Source: Octopus bimaculoides (taxonomy: Eukaryota). Taken from it: a stretch of 46,711 nucleotides of DNA. Positions within the stretch are counted from its first letter, which is position 1. Each line of letters opens with the position of its first letter. This document shows, in pieces, positions 10,491 through 25,223 of the stretch. The position numbers and the translations under genes are program-made. The notes below the pieces were generated by a model. The model was given only the letters and a program-made list of their open reading frames with translations, searched no databases and had not been told where the DNA came from. The stretch lies in the NCBI RefSeq assembly GCF_001194135.2, contig NC_068994.1:26984654-27031364 (forward strand). Reading direction: 5' to 3'.

Positions 10491-11559
10491 CACAGACTTA
10501 AGCATGCACATACACACACCCACGTACAAATATCACAAGCACACTCATACACACACATACCACATATGTATATGCAAAATAAAAATAAATAAATATAAAA
10601 TTCATTAGAAAATTAACAAATATTGTTTACAACAATCATTTTAAATTGTTGCAATGAGATATTTTCAATATTTGTTTCAATTGTTATTAATTAGGTTCGT
10701 TATTGTTTTATTGAACCTATACAGTGTGGTGGTGTTGATGGAGAATGTCAGCGGCACAGTGGTTGAAGTGCTTCACTATATAACAGACTGCTCAAATACT
10801 TGTAAACAGTTGTTGTTGTAGTTTAGCCCTTGGTCAGCCCTGATTGAAGCAGACATATGATATACAGGTGTATTTCCTTTTTTCAGACTTAGCACATCTG
10901 GGATTACCTTATCCAACATGTCCTTCATAATATTTTAAGATGATAGAATATGGTTTTGAGGGAGATTGCTGTTATTTCTGGCAAGTGAAGAGATGACCCA
11001 GCTGCTACCTTCATTTTTATTTTTAATGATTTAGTGAGAGAAGGAATGGCGACCTCTATGAACTTTTGTGGTGGTATGAAGACTATAAGATTAGTGAAAG
11101 GGTGAAAAGTATCACCACACCATGGACCTATCCTAAATGCCAACGTCAGAGTAGACACCACTAAAGGTATCCCAGGGCAAGGTGGTGATGTTAAACTGGT
11201 AGAAGGACTGTCTTTCATCCTATCTAAGGATGACCCCAATAGGTTTTCTCATAGTTTGTGTACCAAATTTTATTCAAAAGACTTATGCTGGTGCCACACC
11301 GTGTTATTGAACCCCAAAACCCTGTTGTTGCAAAGCAAACATTTTAACCACATGGCCATGTATCACTCTCCTATAGAAAGTCTAGATAGATTGTCTGATA
11401 AGAAATTATGATTGTTGAGACTGGATTGTCTTGATCATAGGTCTGGTTGGCCAGTGTTGACTTGGGGTTAAACGCTAATGTATATATCGAGATGACAGAG
11501 GTTAGCTATGTTGCCATTTGGATTATAATGAGAATTACATAGCTAGTCTGTCAAAAATG

Positions 11560-12250
11560 AGACTCAACTTTTTCAAAACCAGATTTATTGCTTTATTTAT
11601 AATTTAATCAGAGTTTTACCTTCAGAACTGTTCTTGCCATTTTTGATACATCACTACCAACATTTTCTCTAGTTTTAGAAAACCTCTTGGAATGCATTTT
11701 CACTGGTAGTGTACAGTGAAATTTCAGAGTAGAATTTCTTTATTGTTTCCATTGTCTGAAATTGCTAACATTTGAGGATGGATTTCATCATTGGGAACAA
11801 AAAGCAAAGTTGGCAGGGGCTGAATGTAGAAAGTGGAGTGGTGGTGGGAGAGGCGATGATGAGTGTCATTTAGTATTTTGCCAAAAAGTCACGGCCATGA
11901 GCATGTGCATGATTAGGGTATAGAATCCACAGGCCTCTGATTTCATACTGCCTCTTTTAAATGTCTTAGGACATCCAAATACAACTCTGTATTGATCATC
12001 TAATCATGTTGAATAAGCATACAATAGTCAACAACTTTCTAATCAAAAAGACAATAAATATCACCTTTACAGAGAGTGACAACTCTAACTTTTCTAGTCA
12101 TAAGGACAATAATCCAACCCACAGTTGGGATTACCATTTTATTCTGACATCATACCATATACCCCTTTTTTTTCTGTCACTTGTGACACTGTTGAAGCTT
12201 TCTACAGTTTATTCAAACAGTTCCTGATTCATCTTCATTCTGCTATCCTT
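11560..12250 (-). mobile_element. Degraded mariner transposase fragment
   Basis: Minus-strand remnants INTELYLDVLRHLKEAV and LLFVP...MMKSILKC.QFQTMETIKK match the mariner catalytic C-terminal half. Confidence 0.65.
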
Positions 12251-12919
12251 GCTCTTTGCATACTTTAAGCTTGTCAAGAAATTTACAAAATGACAACAAA
12301 AACAGCAGTTTTAAATGTATTTATGGTTTTGATAAAGTTTTTTTTTTAAGTATTGTAAACTTTAGATAAATATGCATGTAAGTATGTATTATTTGTGTAT
12401 GTGACTGTCTATATTTGTGCTTCTTAATCTTGGTTGTATTACCCACCACAATTAAGAGCCACAAAGTGTGGCATATGTTAAGGGGAAGATATGATATGGA
12501 GGTGCTGGTTGTTTAGAAGGGTTCCTGTTTTATTCAGAAATAAAATATCTAAACTAGGTGCAATACTTATATTTGAAACATATTTTTAAATAATCTTTGT
12601 CAGGATCAAAGTATAAATAGGACATTGTGTTACCAGTGAGCAATAACATTTTTCAAAATTTCATCTTTCCATTTAACTATTCCTAACCAAACCCTTTTAC
12701 TTTCCTTCAATATATATATAATACACACACACACACACACACAAACAAATGTGTGTGTGTAAAGGTAATATTTCTCCACGGATCAATGTTTTTGCAGAAT
12801 ATTGGAAAGGAATGACACTGCTTGTATGACAGTGACACTCATTTACAACTGTCATGTGGTATCAAGACAGGGAAAAACAAACATCATCAACACACACACA
12901 CACATACATACATACATGT

Positions 12920-13075
12920 ACAGTGACCGTCCTTCAGTTTCCATCTATCAAATCTCCTCACAGGCTTTGGTTTATCCAGAGCTATAGTAGAAGACACCTG
13001 CCCTTAGGTGCCATGCAATGGGATTGAACTGCAAACGATATGGTTGAGAAGCAAATTTCTAAACTACATAACTAC
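12920..13075 (-). mobile_element. SINE fragment (same family as 39519-39890)
   Basis: CTATAGTAGAAGACACCTGCCCTTAGGTGCCATGCAATGGGATTGAAC is the reverse-complement equivalent of GTTCATTCCCACTGCATGGCACCTTGGGCAAGTGTCTTCTACTATAG at 39534-39577. Confidence 0.75.
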
Positions 13076-13132
13076 ATAACTGGTAAAAAAGATAATTACC
13101 GATTGATTAGTTTAACCTTTAATGTATGAAAA

Positions 13133-13218
<86 letters not shown>

Positions 13219-13487
13219 TTACATGTAAAATGTAAATAAGATTCAAAATGGACAAGGGAAATGTTTAACAGAGAAAAATATGAAAGACAAGGAAATATGG
13301 AATCCTCTCATCAGCTATGGAAACCCCAACTACAAGTGCAATTTTGGTGCATTTAAATTCCGAAGACATTAAATTCCATGGTGCCACTTATCTGGTTGCA
13401 CCAGTGATATAAGGAACATGAATGAAATGATGGACAAACAAGGACAAAATGAGAAAGGCAACAAAATACAAATAGGATGAAAAATGA

Positions 13488-14726
13488 TCTGGTCATTAAG
13501 AATGAAATGTCCGATTTTGAACTGAAAGTTTATTTTACTTTATCTCAACAAAGAGCAATGCAGTTAATCAAAGTATGCACCTAAATTATCCAACACAATT
13601 TTGCCATTTTATCGCTAGCTTATTTAAGCTAGCAATGAAGAATTTTGGAGTTCAAGAGGTGATGAAATAACAAAACGGCTGTTTTTGCAAATTCTTCAGA
13701 TTTGAAGTTTTCCATTGCAAAAAGTTGTCTAATGCATGGAAAACGTGATAGTCAGTTGGTGTAAGGTCTGGTGAAATGGTGGATGACAGAGCACTTCCAA
13801 GTTCATTTCCTGTAACTTGAATAGTGCTCTTTGTGCAACATGTGGTCAAGCATTGTCTTGCAAGAGAATTGGCCCATCTCTATTGACCAATCTCGGTTGT
13901 TTAATTGCAAGTTCATTCATTATTTCATCCAGTTGGTTGATGTATACATGTGCTGTAATTGACTTACCAGGCCTCATGATATTGTAATGGATAACACCAG
14001 TGCTGGACAACCAAACAGACACCATCAGTGAATATTCTTTCTTGGATTATGTTTTGGTACTTTGTCTCTATCCAATAACTGTGCAGAACACTTGCTATTG
14101 TAAAAAGTAATCAATTTTTCATCACACGTAACAATACGATGCAAAAGTGGTTCGCTTTTATGCTGTGAGAGCAAAGAACAGCAAGTTTCAAGACGACATG
14201 TTATTTGATGCTCATTCAGTTCATGTGGTACCCACTTTTCCAGCTTCTTTACCTTGCCAATTTGTTTCAGATGGTCCAATACAGTTGGAATCGAAACATC
14301 AAACCTTGCTGCTAACCCATGCATAGTTTGAGATGTATCTGCTTCCATTACAGTTTCCAGCTCATCATTATCCACCTTGATCTCAGGTCTACCACAGGGC
14401 TGATTTTCAAGAATAAAGTCACTAAACCGGAACTTCTCAAACCATGCACTCATTTGCAACATCTTCACCAAACATTGGTGTTTTGAGCTGTCGGAACTCA
14501 TATTCATAAACAACATGAATTTTTTATCTATCCGTGGGTTCACAAAAATTGATTTACAAGAGAAAACTCACAATATAATCAGAGACCATGAATTGCATTT
14601 TGAAAAGTGATGATGTAACTCTTTAATGTTGTAAAACAAAGAATTGTCAGGATAAAACATTAGAGTTAACAACTGTCAAACTTGGTGCATAAGAAAATCG
14701 GACACTTCATTGTTAATGACCTGATA
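13488..14726 (-). mobile_element. Near full-length mariner (DD34D-type) element with pseudogenised transposase
   Basis: TIRs of ~30 bp: GGTCATTAAGAATGAAATGTCCGATTTT (13491-13518) and AAAATCGGACACTTCATTGTTAATGACC (14694-14721). Length is ~1.24 kb. Motifs include GRP, KWVPHEL, IVTCDEK and SPDLTPTDYHVF. Stops and frameshifts are present. Confidence 0.92.
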
Positions 14727-15779
14727 CAAATAGAAACAATGCAGTAACGTAACAGAATATATTTAGAAATTTGTGTGTGTACACAAAACACACACATGCA
14801 CCCACACATACACATGCACACACAAACACACACACACACACATGTATGCATATATATATTTGTGTGTGGGTGTGTGTGTGTGTGTAAAGGTATAATATAA
14901 AGATAAGGTATAAATCTAACTGGAAACAGGAAAAAATAGATGGAAAAGTCATTTATGCTTCAAGTATGCACTCTTCTTGTGTAAGAAAGAATAGATAAGG
15001 ATACCAACATTTTACCACTGACAATGTCTTTTCTATCTTCTTTTTCCTTTCCTCACTTTTTTTCTTTTCTTTCCTTTCAGTTTTTTTTTTTTTCTTTTCA
15101 TCTTATCAATTTCTATTTATCTTCTATGGTTTTTGAAGATATAACTTCTATCTAGTTTAAAGCTGTTATATTTGTAATGCATGATATACAACAAATTCAT
15201 TAAATTATTTTAACTAACTTTAATGATACAATAGTTAAAACATAATGGCCTTGATGTAACAAAAGATTAAACAAAATAAATCTATTTTCAACATTGTAAG
15301 TTTTGATTGTAGATTTCTTTGGTCATATGAGCAAGTTAATCTATCTAACAATCCTCTCTTTCTCTCTCTTCTTCTGTGTGTGTGTGTATATATAGTCAGT
15401 CACACAGATGGTTGACATGGCACTGGGCACAACCAATTGAGTCAAGTGTGTGTGTAACCATGCAACTGATTTAGATACGTCTTGATGTAAATAGATACAC
15501 AGCATAGAATAGGACCAGCTAACAGTTATAATGGTAGTGTTGTAAAACCGAGCAGTTTTGTTGGTGGATATACGAAGACACATACATCTATACATAAATT
15601 GATTCGTGAATTGATATGTGAGCACTCATATATAATTATGTTATAGAGTGATTGCTTCAAATGCATGCGTATATATGCAAATGTGTGTATATGCATGCAT
15701 CTTTTGTATGACTGTGTATATACAGAGAAACTGTACAGTTGTGAAGTCTCTATACTTCTGTCTTTCCAATGACTTATCA

Positions 15780-15995
15780 GCCTCTCTAGTGCTGATGCCA
15801 CAATAAAATACATCTAATACACTGTGCAAAGTGGTTCATGATAGGGAAGGCCTTCACTTGTAGAAACTAAACCAAATGACATGCACAAGTACCAGTCCAA
15901 AAGCACAGTAGCTCTCAATTAGAGATTATTTGAACTGTGACCATCTCTCTAAACCATGCTAGGATGGAAAGTAGATGTAAAATGGTGATGATATT
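15780..15995 (+). mobile_element. Old, diverged copy of the RTE-tailed SINE-like family
   Basis: TACACTGTGCAAAGTGGTT...GGAAGG...TGTAGAAAC...AACCATGCTAGGATGGAAAGTAGATGTAAAATGGTGATGAT parallels 5830-5997. Confidence 0.6.
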
Positions 15996-18900
15996 CCTAC
16001 ACTATACACACTGATTAGCAACTAGAGTTTCCATCCACAAGGGTGCACTCACAAAGTTTTTGTCACCCTGTGTGTATGTGTATGCATGCATGTGTGTGTG
16101 TGCTTGTGTGTGTGTGTGTGTACATGTGCATAATTATGTGTTTGATCACACTGCCTGGGATCATGGGCATGGTCTCAGGGTGACAAAAGTTTTGTGTCAT
16201 TGAGTAAATGGAAACTGTAGCAGCTAGTCTGGTGGACTATAACTTTGAAGTCAAAGGGTTAGTTTTGTTGCACAATGTGTCATTTTGATTCGACTTGAGT
16301 ATTGCATTAAAGGTACAAATATGTATGAAATACTCAGCTACTCATGTTATAATTTAATGAATAAACTGTTCTGTTGATCGAGCAACCAGGAATAGCTATC
16401 ATTAAAACAGATGGAAGCTCTTTCATTTTTGTTTTCTTTTTCTTTTTTTTTTTGTTTTACAAGTACGTCTCCACACATATATGTGCCTATGGCATCTCTA
16501 CACATATATGACTCATACGACATCACACAAAGACACACATACATCTGCACACATTTAATGTGTGTGTTTGTGTGAGTATGTCTCTTTTTTCTATATATGT
16601 ATACATATCAGTACTTACACATCACTAAATTCATCTACACACTGAGATACACATATACTGTCACACATTTATTGTAAATATGTGTGTGTGTGCCTGCCTA
16701 TGCATGCATATGTAACTGTATATACACATAACTAAGTTCAACTTCACAGATATACAAATACACCACTACACATTTAATATATATATATATGTGTGTGTGT
16801 GTATGTGTGCATGCCACTGAACACCTGTGTAAGTGTAAATACATAGTATTAGTGAGTAAGTCTATGTAGCCATGATGTGAAACTAATTAGATTTGTTACT
16901 GTGTGTTAATTCCACTGAACAGATAATTTCCAGCTGTTAGATTCAACTCCAACTTCTATCACTGACAACACCATCAACCATTAAATGCTGTACCTCTAAC
17001 ACTTAATGGATTGAGGTTCAATACCTACTGGGGCTTTCATTTAATTAGTACTGCTGCTGTTGTTATTGTTGTTGATATTGTTGCTGTTGTTGAAACCAGG
17101 GTGGCAGTGGGGTTGATGATGGGTGCAATGATAGACAATGATGATAGGAGTGAGGGTGATAATGGTAGCAATGATGATGGTAATGTTAGTAATGGTAGAG
17201 ATGATGGTGGTAGTGATGGTTATCTTGATGATGGTAATGATGATGGAAATCGGGATGATGGTGAAGATGGTGATCATGATGGTGCCATTGCTATTACTGC
17301 TGTTGTTGTTACCACTGCTGTAGTGTGATATGAGCTGAGAGAATGTCAACTGACAACCTGTAGTTAATGGTAGTGGGGGATGGGTAGATGGATGGAGGTG
17401 TAGAAGAGTGGAAGATGTTAACTCATTAGATGAGACTAATAGGTAGAGAGTGGTGGGTAATGGTAGGAAGTGGAGGAGTGATGGCAGCTTGAGACAATGC
17501 AGGGTAGTAGTGTGAAAGTATTCATGTGTGCTTATAGATGTATATGTTAGTGTTTGTGTACATGTCACATTAGCATATGTGTTTGTACGCATATATATAT
17601 GTATATATTTATATGTGTGTGTATGCATATNNNNNNNNNNNNNNNNNNNNNNNNNNNNNNNNNNNNNNNNNNNNNNNNNNNNNNNNNNNNNNNNNNNNNN
17701 NNNNNNNNNNNATATATATATATATATATATACATATTATGTATGTATTTTTGATCTTTTATTCTTTTACTGGTTTCATTCATTGCAGTACTGCCTTGAG
17801 AACTTATTTTCGAATTTGGTATTTATGCTATTGGTCACTTTCAGGTGAACTTCTAAGTTGCATGGATTTAAATACTCAGCTGCATGAAATTCTTCTGTCT
17901 TTCTTCCCCTATAAATCAGTATACTTTTGCATTAGAATAGGCATCTTTTTCTCCAAAAATATAGAAAGATTGGGCTAGAAGCTAGCAATCTCTTTTCACA
18001 GATGAACTGATATGTTATTGGAACTGTCTAAGGTTGGATCAATGTCCAGACAGTCAGTACATAACAGAAATAGATTAAAAAGAAAAAAAATCCATAAAAA
18101 AACGAAAGGTAACTTATCATTATCATATATAATTCATGAAGCAGTAAAATGTTGACTTGAAGTAAATATATAATGAAAAATTAAAAGAAAGAAAAAGGTG
18201 CTTCTATAATTAATATTATTTCCATTGTCTTCATATTTGCTCAAGTAGTGATAAATTAATTACTAAATAAATATACTAGGTTATGAAGGAAAATATAACT
18301 ATTTAGTAATAAAGTATTTTTGAGATGCCAGTCACTTAAAAATCTAGAGAGATTTAATGCAAGGCACAGTATTAAAAAGCTGACATCTCACTGCATAGTT
18401 ATTTCTAGTTTGATTTTTGGAAGCTCTATGAATTGAATATGTTATCACCAATGTACATTTGGTAAATATGCAGAGTTCACTGTTGATAATGAACATCTAC
18501 TATCCATGTTTCACTGCCATGCTAATCTCATGATTCTTCTAGTCTCTTACTTCTTACACCTGCCTCTTAGAATTTACCATTTGTGCACTGAGATAATAAA
18601 CTCTTTGTTAGTGAATGAGGTAACAGCTCCTTGAACGTCTTCCATTCCATTCTGGCTTTGCTGGCAAGACTTTCACAAGAGTTTTTGTAATGTTTAAAAG
18701 TCTTTGCAATGAATATGGGGAAATAGGAAAAGAGATAGTGACTTTGAAATATGTATAGTGATGTAATAAGGAAAGAGATTATGACTTTGAAATACGTGTT
18801 GGAGCAAATCTAATAGAGATTATTGATAGGAATGAGAGCCAGTTCTTAGTCTGAACATCTCAAATAGAAAATATAGCTGCGTCATTTTCAAAGAAATTGG

Positions 18901-19539
18901 TTTCTAGCTATGTCATTATGAAAGAGACAATATCCAATAATGATTTACCCAAGTCTGGATAGAGAATTCAGAATTATTTGATACCTGCTGTGATATGAAA
19001 TGTCATGTAATGTCTTATATAGTATCAGATGAGTAGTATTATTTTGTATCAGATTACTGTAATATAGATATTGAAGGAACAACAACAATGATAATAATAA
19101 TAATGTTCATTTTAATGGCTACAAAAGTTCTGAGATGTTTTGGGCATCAGTATAAGGATGGGATACAAAAGTAGTTGGGGCTTACACACTGTGAAAGAAT
19201 GAAAACACTGACAAAACCAACAATAATAATTTTTTCTACTAATGACTACTAATAACCAACAATAATGATAAGAACAATAAGAAATGGACAACAACAATTG
19301 ATAATAATAAAAATAATCTCTCCTGTATTGGCCACAAGGGCAAAAATTCATACAAAAAGCTATGAAACTTTTACTAGGGTTTACAAAAAGGAAGACATGA
19401 TATGAAGTGAGGTTAAAATGCATTTACAAATGAAGTGGGTGTGTAAAAAATGTTATACAAAGTATTTTATAAATACACATGCATACATTATGCACACATA
19501 CATATATACATGCATTTTGTTTGCTTTTACATTCTGAGT

Positions 19540-19680
19540 TCAAACTACACTGAAGTTGACATTGCCTTTCATCTTTTTGAGGTCAATAAAATAAGTACCA
19601 GTTGAGCTCTGGGGTCGATGTAATTGACTTTCTCCCTCTCCCAATATTACTGGCCTTGTGCCAAAATTTGATACCATTAT
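19540..19680 (+). mobile_element. tRNA-derived SINE, 3' half (family of 27871-28106)
   Basis: TTGCCTTTCATCTTTTTGAGGTCAATAAAATAAGTACCAG...GGGGTCGATGTAATTGACT matches the reverse complement of 27940-28020. Confidence 0.75.
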
Positions 19681-20235
19681 TATTATCGAGTGAGAGAGCA
19701 GCACATTCCATCAAAATGCCACTGGGGTACAAATATACAAAGCCCAATATATGCATCATGACCACCCATCTGATAAGGGAACACTAGGCACATGCATCAT
19801 AACCACGTGGGCACAGCATGGTGTTCTCATATCAAGATAAACAGTGCATGACCTTGCAGGTGAGGCTCAGTTAGAATTTTCTTTAGTTTCAGTAGTCCAT
19901 CCTACTCAAAAGGTCTATGAATAAGTTTTAGGATGATGAATGAAACACCCATGTTTCCAGAGGCGAATTATTCAAGCCTCAAAGAATTCCTCCAAATACA
20001 TGGCTGTGATGCTTCCCCACTACTTTTGCTCGTGATCAGAGATGCTCATATTGTCAGCCACTAAGGCACATGCTCAACTGGTTAAGGTCAAGCAACTGAC
20101 AAGCAAATCTGTGGTATTGAACAGAATATTTGCTGTAGCCCATCTTTTATACCAAGATAAAACATGTACGTGATAACACTTCCAATCAGTTAAGATCAAA
20201 TGCCATGAGAGCCACTGCCTGATACTGCTTCAGGG

Positions 20236-20236
<1 letters not shown>
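19676..20236 (-). mobile_element. Unclassified ~560-bp interspersed repeat with a (TAA)n-type tail
   Basis: 19676-20020 is the reverse complement of 23593-23945 at about 80% identity by eye. It is bounded by ATT-type microsatellites. Confidence 0.7.
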
Positions 20237-20287
<51 letters not shown>

Positions 20288-20310
20288 GTTGTTGTTGTTA
20301 TTGTTATCAT

Positions 20311-20610
20311 GAGGGTACATGGCCTAGTGGTTAGGGTGCTGCATTCATGATCTAGTGCTCATGATTTCAATTCCTAGACTGAGTGATGTTCTTGAGCAAA
20401 ACACTTCATCTCATGTTGCTCTGTAATCACTTCAACACCTGACGTGTGGTACACTGTGCACCTGTTCAGACAACCTCAATTTGATGGAGAAATTGAGCTA
20501 ATGTGCGGCACAAACGTTTAATAATTATAAACAAATCATTTGTGCAGGTTGTTTGGCAAAAAGCTGAACGCTCATACATCGTCTTGGACCGAGGAGTCCA
20601 TCATTGTTAG
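20311..20610 (+). mobile_element. tRNA-derived SINE
   Basis: The head has an A-box-like TGGCCTAGTGGTTAG and a decayed B-box GATTTCAATTCC, followed by GTTCTTGAGCAAAACACTTCATC. Confidence 0.6.
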
Positions 20611-20679
20611 GTATAAAGCTTGCAGAATCATTAGTGCATGAAACAAAATGCTTAGTGACATTTCTTAAAATTCTTTACA

Positions 20680-20830
20680 TTGTGAGTTCAAATTCAGCAA
20701 GGTTGACCTTGCCTTTCATCCTTTAAAGATTGCTAAAATTAGTACCAGTTGAGCACTGGGGTCAATATACTCAACTATCTCCTTCTCACCCCAAATTATT
20801 GGTTTTGTGCCAAAATTTGAAACCATGATT
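20680..20830 (+). mobile_element. tRNA-derived SINE fragment (family of 27871-28106)
   Basis: GAGTTCAAATTC...GTTGACCTTGCCTTTCATCCTTT...AGTACCAGTTGAGCACTGGGGTCAAT. Confidence 0.75.
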
Positions 20831-21789
20831 ATCATTATCATTATCATTATTCTTTTTATTGTTGTTGTTTTAATTGGCAAAAGTTAAAAGCAACATGGCA
20901 CTAGGTAAGTGCCATGTATAGTACTCTCAGACCTTAAGTCGCTTTGTAACTTTTGCTTGTTATGAAAATACTAAAATATGTATTATACTCATGTACTGAG
21001 TTCTATATATCCTGTTTGTTCTTCCAAATACACACACATAAATACACTCATACACATATACATATACACAGAAATAAATCAAAAAGGTACAATAAAATAT
21101 AGAATAATTAAAATAAGATAATATAAGGAAATTAAACATGAAAATTACTGATTATTTTGAGTTGATTTAGCCATTCCTCAAAGCTTAAGTGCAGTAAAAT
21201 GCAACATGAGAATTTTGGGGACATTTGATGTGTAAAAATACCAGCATTTTAAGGGTATTCTCTTTTAAGTTAAGTGTTATGTCTTAATTTTTATTTTACA
21301 AGTAATCTATCTTTTGCATATTCTGAACCTAACAGTTTTTTTCTCATAACTTCATCAGAGAGTCCATGACACCAGAGATGTTTCATTTTGTCTTAACTGT
21401 TTGTTTGATTTTTGATGAATAAGAGATCTTAGTTTGAGGAGGGATTTTGCTATTATTTGGAAATAATTATTCTTCATCTATTTTCATTGTCTATTGCTGA
21501 GTCTTCTTTTGTGATTTTTACCTTTTTTTTTTGTTTGTTTGCAAATTTTCTTCTGTAATTATTTTTCCCACGTCAAACAATGGAAGCATGGTGCTACAGG
21601 TTGATACTATTACGGAATGAGATAATTGCTGATTTATTTGTGGTACTGTTGTTGCTGTTGGTTTTAATTAGTTTCATTTTCCTTTTTTTTTGGGGGGGGG
21701 GTATTTTCCTTTTGGTTCTACCAAGCATTCAGCTCTGAAGTGTGTCTTACTATGACAAATGTAACAACCAGCCTTTCTACCCTATATTA

Positions 21790-22170
21790 TTAATTTCATG
21801 TCCTTTGTCTTGGCTCCTTCTTCAATATAGCTTTGTGGCCTTCGGGTGTCATTAGGATTCATAAATCCGTTTTGACACCATCAGCACCCCACCGACTACA
21901 GGTCACTTTTTGTTAATTCTGCTTTGACAACTCTCCTATGCTGCGATGCAAATGTTTTCTACATCTCTTATTGTCACTCTTGTTTCTTCCTGTGTACTGG
22001 GCACAAATATATACTCAGAAGTATGTCTGACAATTTCAGTATTTTGGTTGTGTCTTCAGTTTTAAAAATACAGCAGAGAGTGCCATCACATTTGCCACTT
22101 GCCATTTTCAGTTTAGAGAACTTCTCTTGATATGTCCGGGGGAACCTTTTGTACTTCTCAGTGTGAGGGA
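21790..22170 (-). mobile_element. Possible heavily degraded APE endonuclease region of a non-LTR retrotransposon
   Basis: A stop-riddled minus frame gives TLRSTKG...ICIAA...VVGGVLMVSKRIYES...HPKAT, which loosely resembles the GGVG(M)LxS region of RTE-like endonucleases. Confidence 0.35.
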
Positions 22171-23184
22171 ACAAATAGTTCTCTACTATTTTTTGTAAAC
22201 AGAAATATATGATTTTTCTCTATGTTCTCTCCTGCATTAGCTCTTGTGGTAAAGACGTGTCGTTTGATTTTACAAAATTCTCACACAGTTTCTTCTTCTA
22301 ACTGTGATAGATTAGAATTTTCATTAGTTCATTTTATATTGAAAACTGTTATATGAATGACCTGCAGAATTTGACTTTGTGTAAAGAGTTGTAATGGCTG
22401 TTTTTATTATTATTGTTGCTGTCAAAGCTGCTAGCTAACAGAATCATTAGAGCATCAGAAAAAATATACTTTGGTATATTTATTCCAATTCTTCACATTC
22501 TAAGTTCAGATCTTGCTCAGGTCAACTTTTCCTTTCACTCTTTCTGGGTTGATAAAATAAAGTACCAGTCAAGTACTGGGTCAATGGTGTTGTCTATGCA
22601 GCCTGTTCTTAAAATTGCTAGCTTTGTGCCTAAACTATAGATCATTATTACTGCTGCTATCATAAACGTAACATATTTGAGTATTTGGGGCATTTTCTTC
22701 TATTAATTGTTCACTAAACTTTTCTTCTTCCCTTGTGCATTTGGTTGTATTCTGATTTTGTGTTGCCTTTTCTATTATTGTTGTGTTTAGTCTTGTAACA
22801 TAATTGTATTTGGTAGTCATTATAGGTGTGATGGCATAATTTGAAACAAACGTTTTTCCTTCTGTTGTCTGAGCCCAGGTAATAAGGGTAGATCTTTCTT
22901 AGGCAATTATCTTTCTTTTTACAAATACTTCAATGAAAATTTCATTTGGTAATATTTGACTAGACCATGCTTTGAAGAGAAAATCAAAAATGCATCTAAA
23001 AATTCTTTCAAATTTTGCTACAAGGTTGGTGCTTGACTAGTACTTATTTTATCATCAACCTTGAAAAGAGGAAAGGTAATATTGACTTTGGTGGAATCTG
23101 AACTCAGAATACAGAGAGCTGGAAGTAATGCCGAAAAGTAATTTATCTGGTGTGCTAGTGACTCTACCAGTTCACCACCTCAAT

Positions 23185-23314
<130 letters not shown>

Positions 23315-23592
23315 NNNNNNNNNNNNNNNNNNNNNNNNNNNNNNNNNNNNNNNNNNNNNNNNNNNNNNNNNNNNNNNNNNNNNNNNNNNNNNNNNNNNNN
23401 NNNNNNNNNNNNNNNNNNNNNNNNNNNNNNNNNNNNNNNNNNNNNNNNNNNNNNNNNNNNNNNNNNNNNNNNNNNNNNNNNNNNNNNNNNNNNNNNNNNN
23501 NNNNNNNNNNNNNNNNNNNNNNNNNNNNNNNNNNNNNNNNNNNNNNNNNNNNNNNNNNNNNNNNNNNNNNNNNNNNNNNNNNNNNNNNNNNN

Positions 23593-23945
23593 CATCATAG
23601 CCATGTGTTGATAGGAATTCTTTGAGGTTTGAATAATTCACCTTTGGAAACATTGGTGTTTTGCTCAACATCCTTAAACAACCCTTATTCAGGGACCTTT
23701 TGAGTGAGATGGGCTACTCGACCTGAAGAAAATTCTAACTGGGCCCCACCTGCGAGGTCATGCGCTGTTTATTTTGATATGAGATCACCATGTCGTGCAC
23801 ATATAGTTGTGATGCATGTGCCTGGTGTACCCTTATCAGACAGGTAGTCATGATGGGTATAATGGGCTTCGTATATTTTATCCCAGTGTCACTTTGATGG
23901 CATGTACTGCTCTCTCACTCAATGATAATAATAATAATAATAATA
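23593..23945 (+). mobile_element. Second copy of the 19676-20236 repeat, in the opposite orientation
   Basis: Shares GGAATTCTTTGAGG, GAAAATTCTAACTG and CTGCTCTCTCACTC motifs, and ends in an (AAT)n tail. Confidence 0.75.
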
Positions 23946-23959
23946 ATAATGATGATGAT

Positions 23960-24127
23960 CATGATAGTCTTTTCTGCACTAGGTACAAGGCCTGAAATTA
24001 CATTGATTACATCGATCCCAAAAGTGAAGTCAACCTCACCAGAAATTGAACTCAGGATGTAGTGACAGGCGAAATACCACTAAGCATTTCACCCAGCATT
24101 CTTACAGTTCTGCCAGCTCGCCGCCTT
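23960..24127 (-). mobile_element. tRNA-derived SINE with an internal deletion (family of 27871-28106)
   Basis: GAAATACCACTAAGCATTTCACCCAGCA...TTCTGCCAGCTCGCCGCCT matches the head of 28050-28106. Confidence 0.75.
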
Positions 24128-25178
24128 AATAATAATATTAATGATGATAATAATCATAATGATGATGATGATGACAGTGTTTTTTTATTTATTGACTGAC
24201 ATTTAAATATTACAGAGACAAATTCCCTAAACAAAAAAAAATGAAGATGTCTTTAGCCTAGAACTATACATCTGTTAACAGACATGAATAATAAAAATAT
24301 AAAAAGAAATTAAATTAAACATCTTGTATGCGTGGATGGAATTACAATGGTCAGAGAACTTTACAGATTCTGGATTACTGCTACTACCAGGAGTACATTT
24401 CCTTTCCCAACTGCGTTGTCCTGTCTCCAGACATTTTCCTGAAGTAGGGTCCATTCACACATGCTATACTTACCGTTCACCCTTATATTTCAGCAGACCT
24501 ATTGGAGAGCAACACCTCCTTCTCCACCCTCATTTCTATAACTTTATCTCCACTTGAGCCCAACCTCTCTCTGCTTTCACCCCACTCTCAATGTCTTGTC
24601 TGCAAAAGTCATGGGTACTGCCCTTCATTCATCATTCACTACACAACATCTTTCATCAGTAATAATAATAAAATAACAATAATTAGCTGAAGGGTCCAGA
24701 TTTAGGATGAGCATATGCTCAATCAACTTAACCTAATAACTTGACTGATATTTATTTTATTCCCCACTGGATGATTGAAAATCAAACGTCAACATCAGCA
24801 TGATTTGAAATTACAACTGAAATACTGCAAAACATTTAACTTATCTCTGTCCTGATTCTAAATGATGATGATGATGATGATGGTGGTGAGAGTAGCGGTG
24901 ATGGGGGTTGTGGTGGTGATAGTGGTAGTAGTGATGTGGTTGTAGTGATGATGGTAATGATGGTTGTTGTGGTGACAGTGGTAATGATGGTGGTGATCGT
25001 TGTTGTCAGGGAGAAGAAGAGGATGACAGAAGGGAAGGTGTATACTACTAAGTAGGTTGTATGTAAATGATGCATAATCTATTAAGTAGGAATGCTGTTT
25101 CTTATTTTCCAACAATATTTGATGAAAATTGATGATACCCTTGAGAATCAGAATGCTATCTATTGAAGATTCTTTATT

Positions 25179-25223
<45 letters not shown>

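Noticed and set aside
10925-11239. 104-aa minus ORF in moderately GC-rich sequence
   Set aside because: I recognise no motif in any frame and see no convincing splice sites. It is left unannotated and is probably an old repeat.
17011-17628. D/G-rich and I/T-rich ORFs
   Set aside because: They come from degenerate trinucleotide (GAT/GGT/GTT) repeats with no domain signal or splice support.
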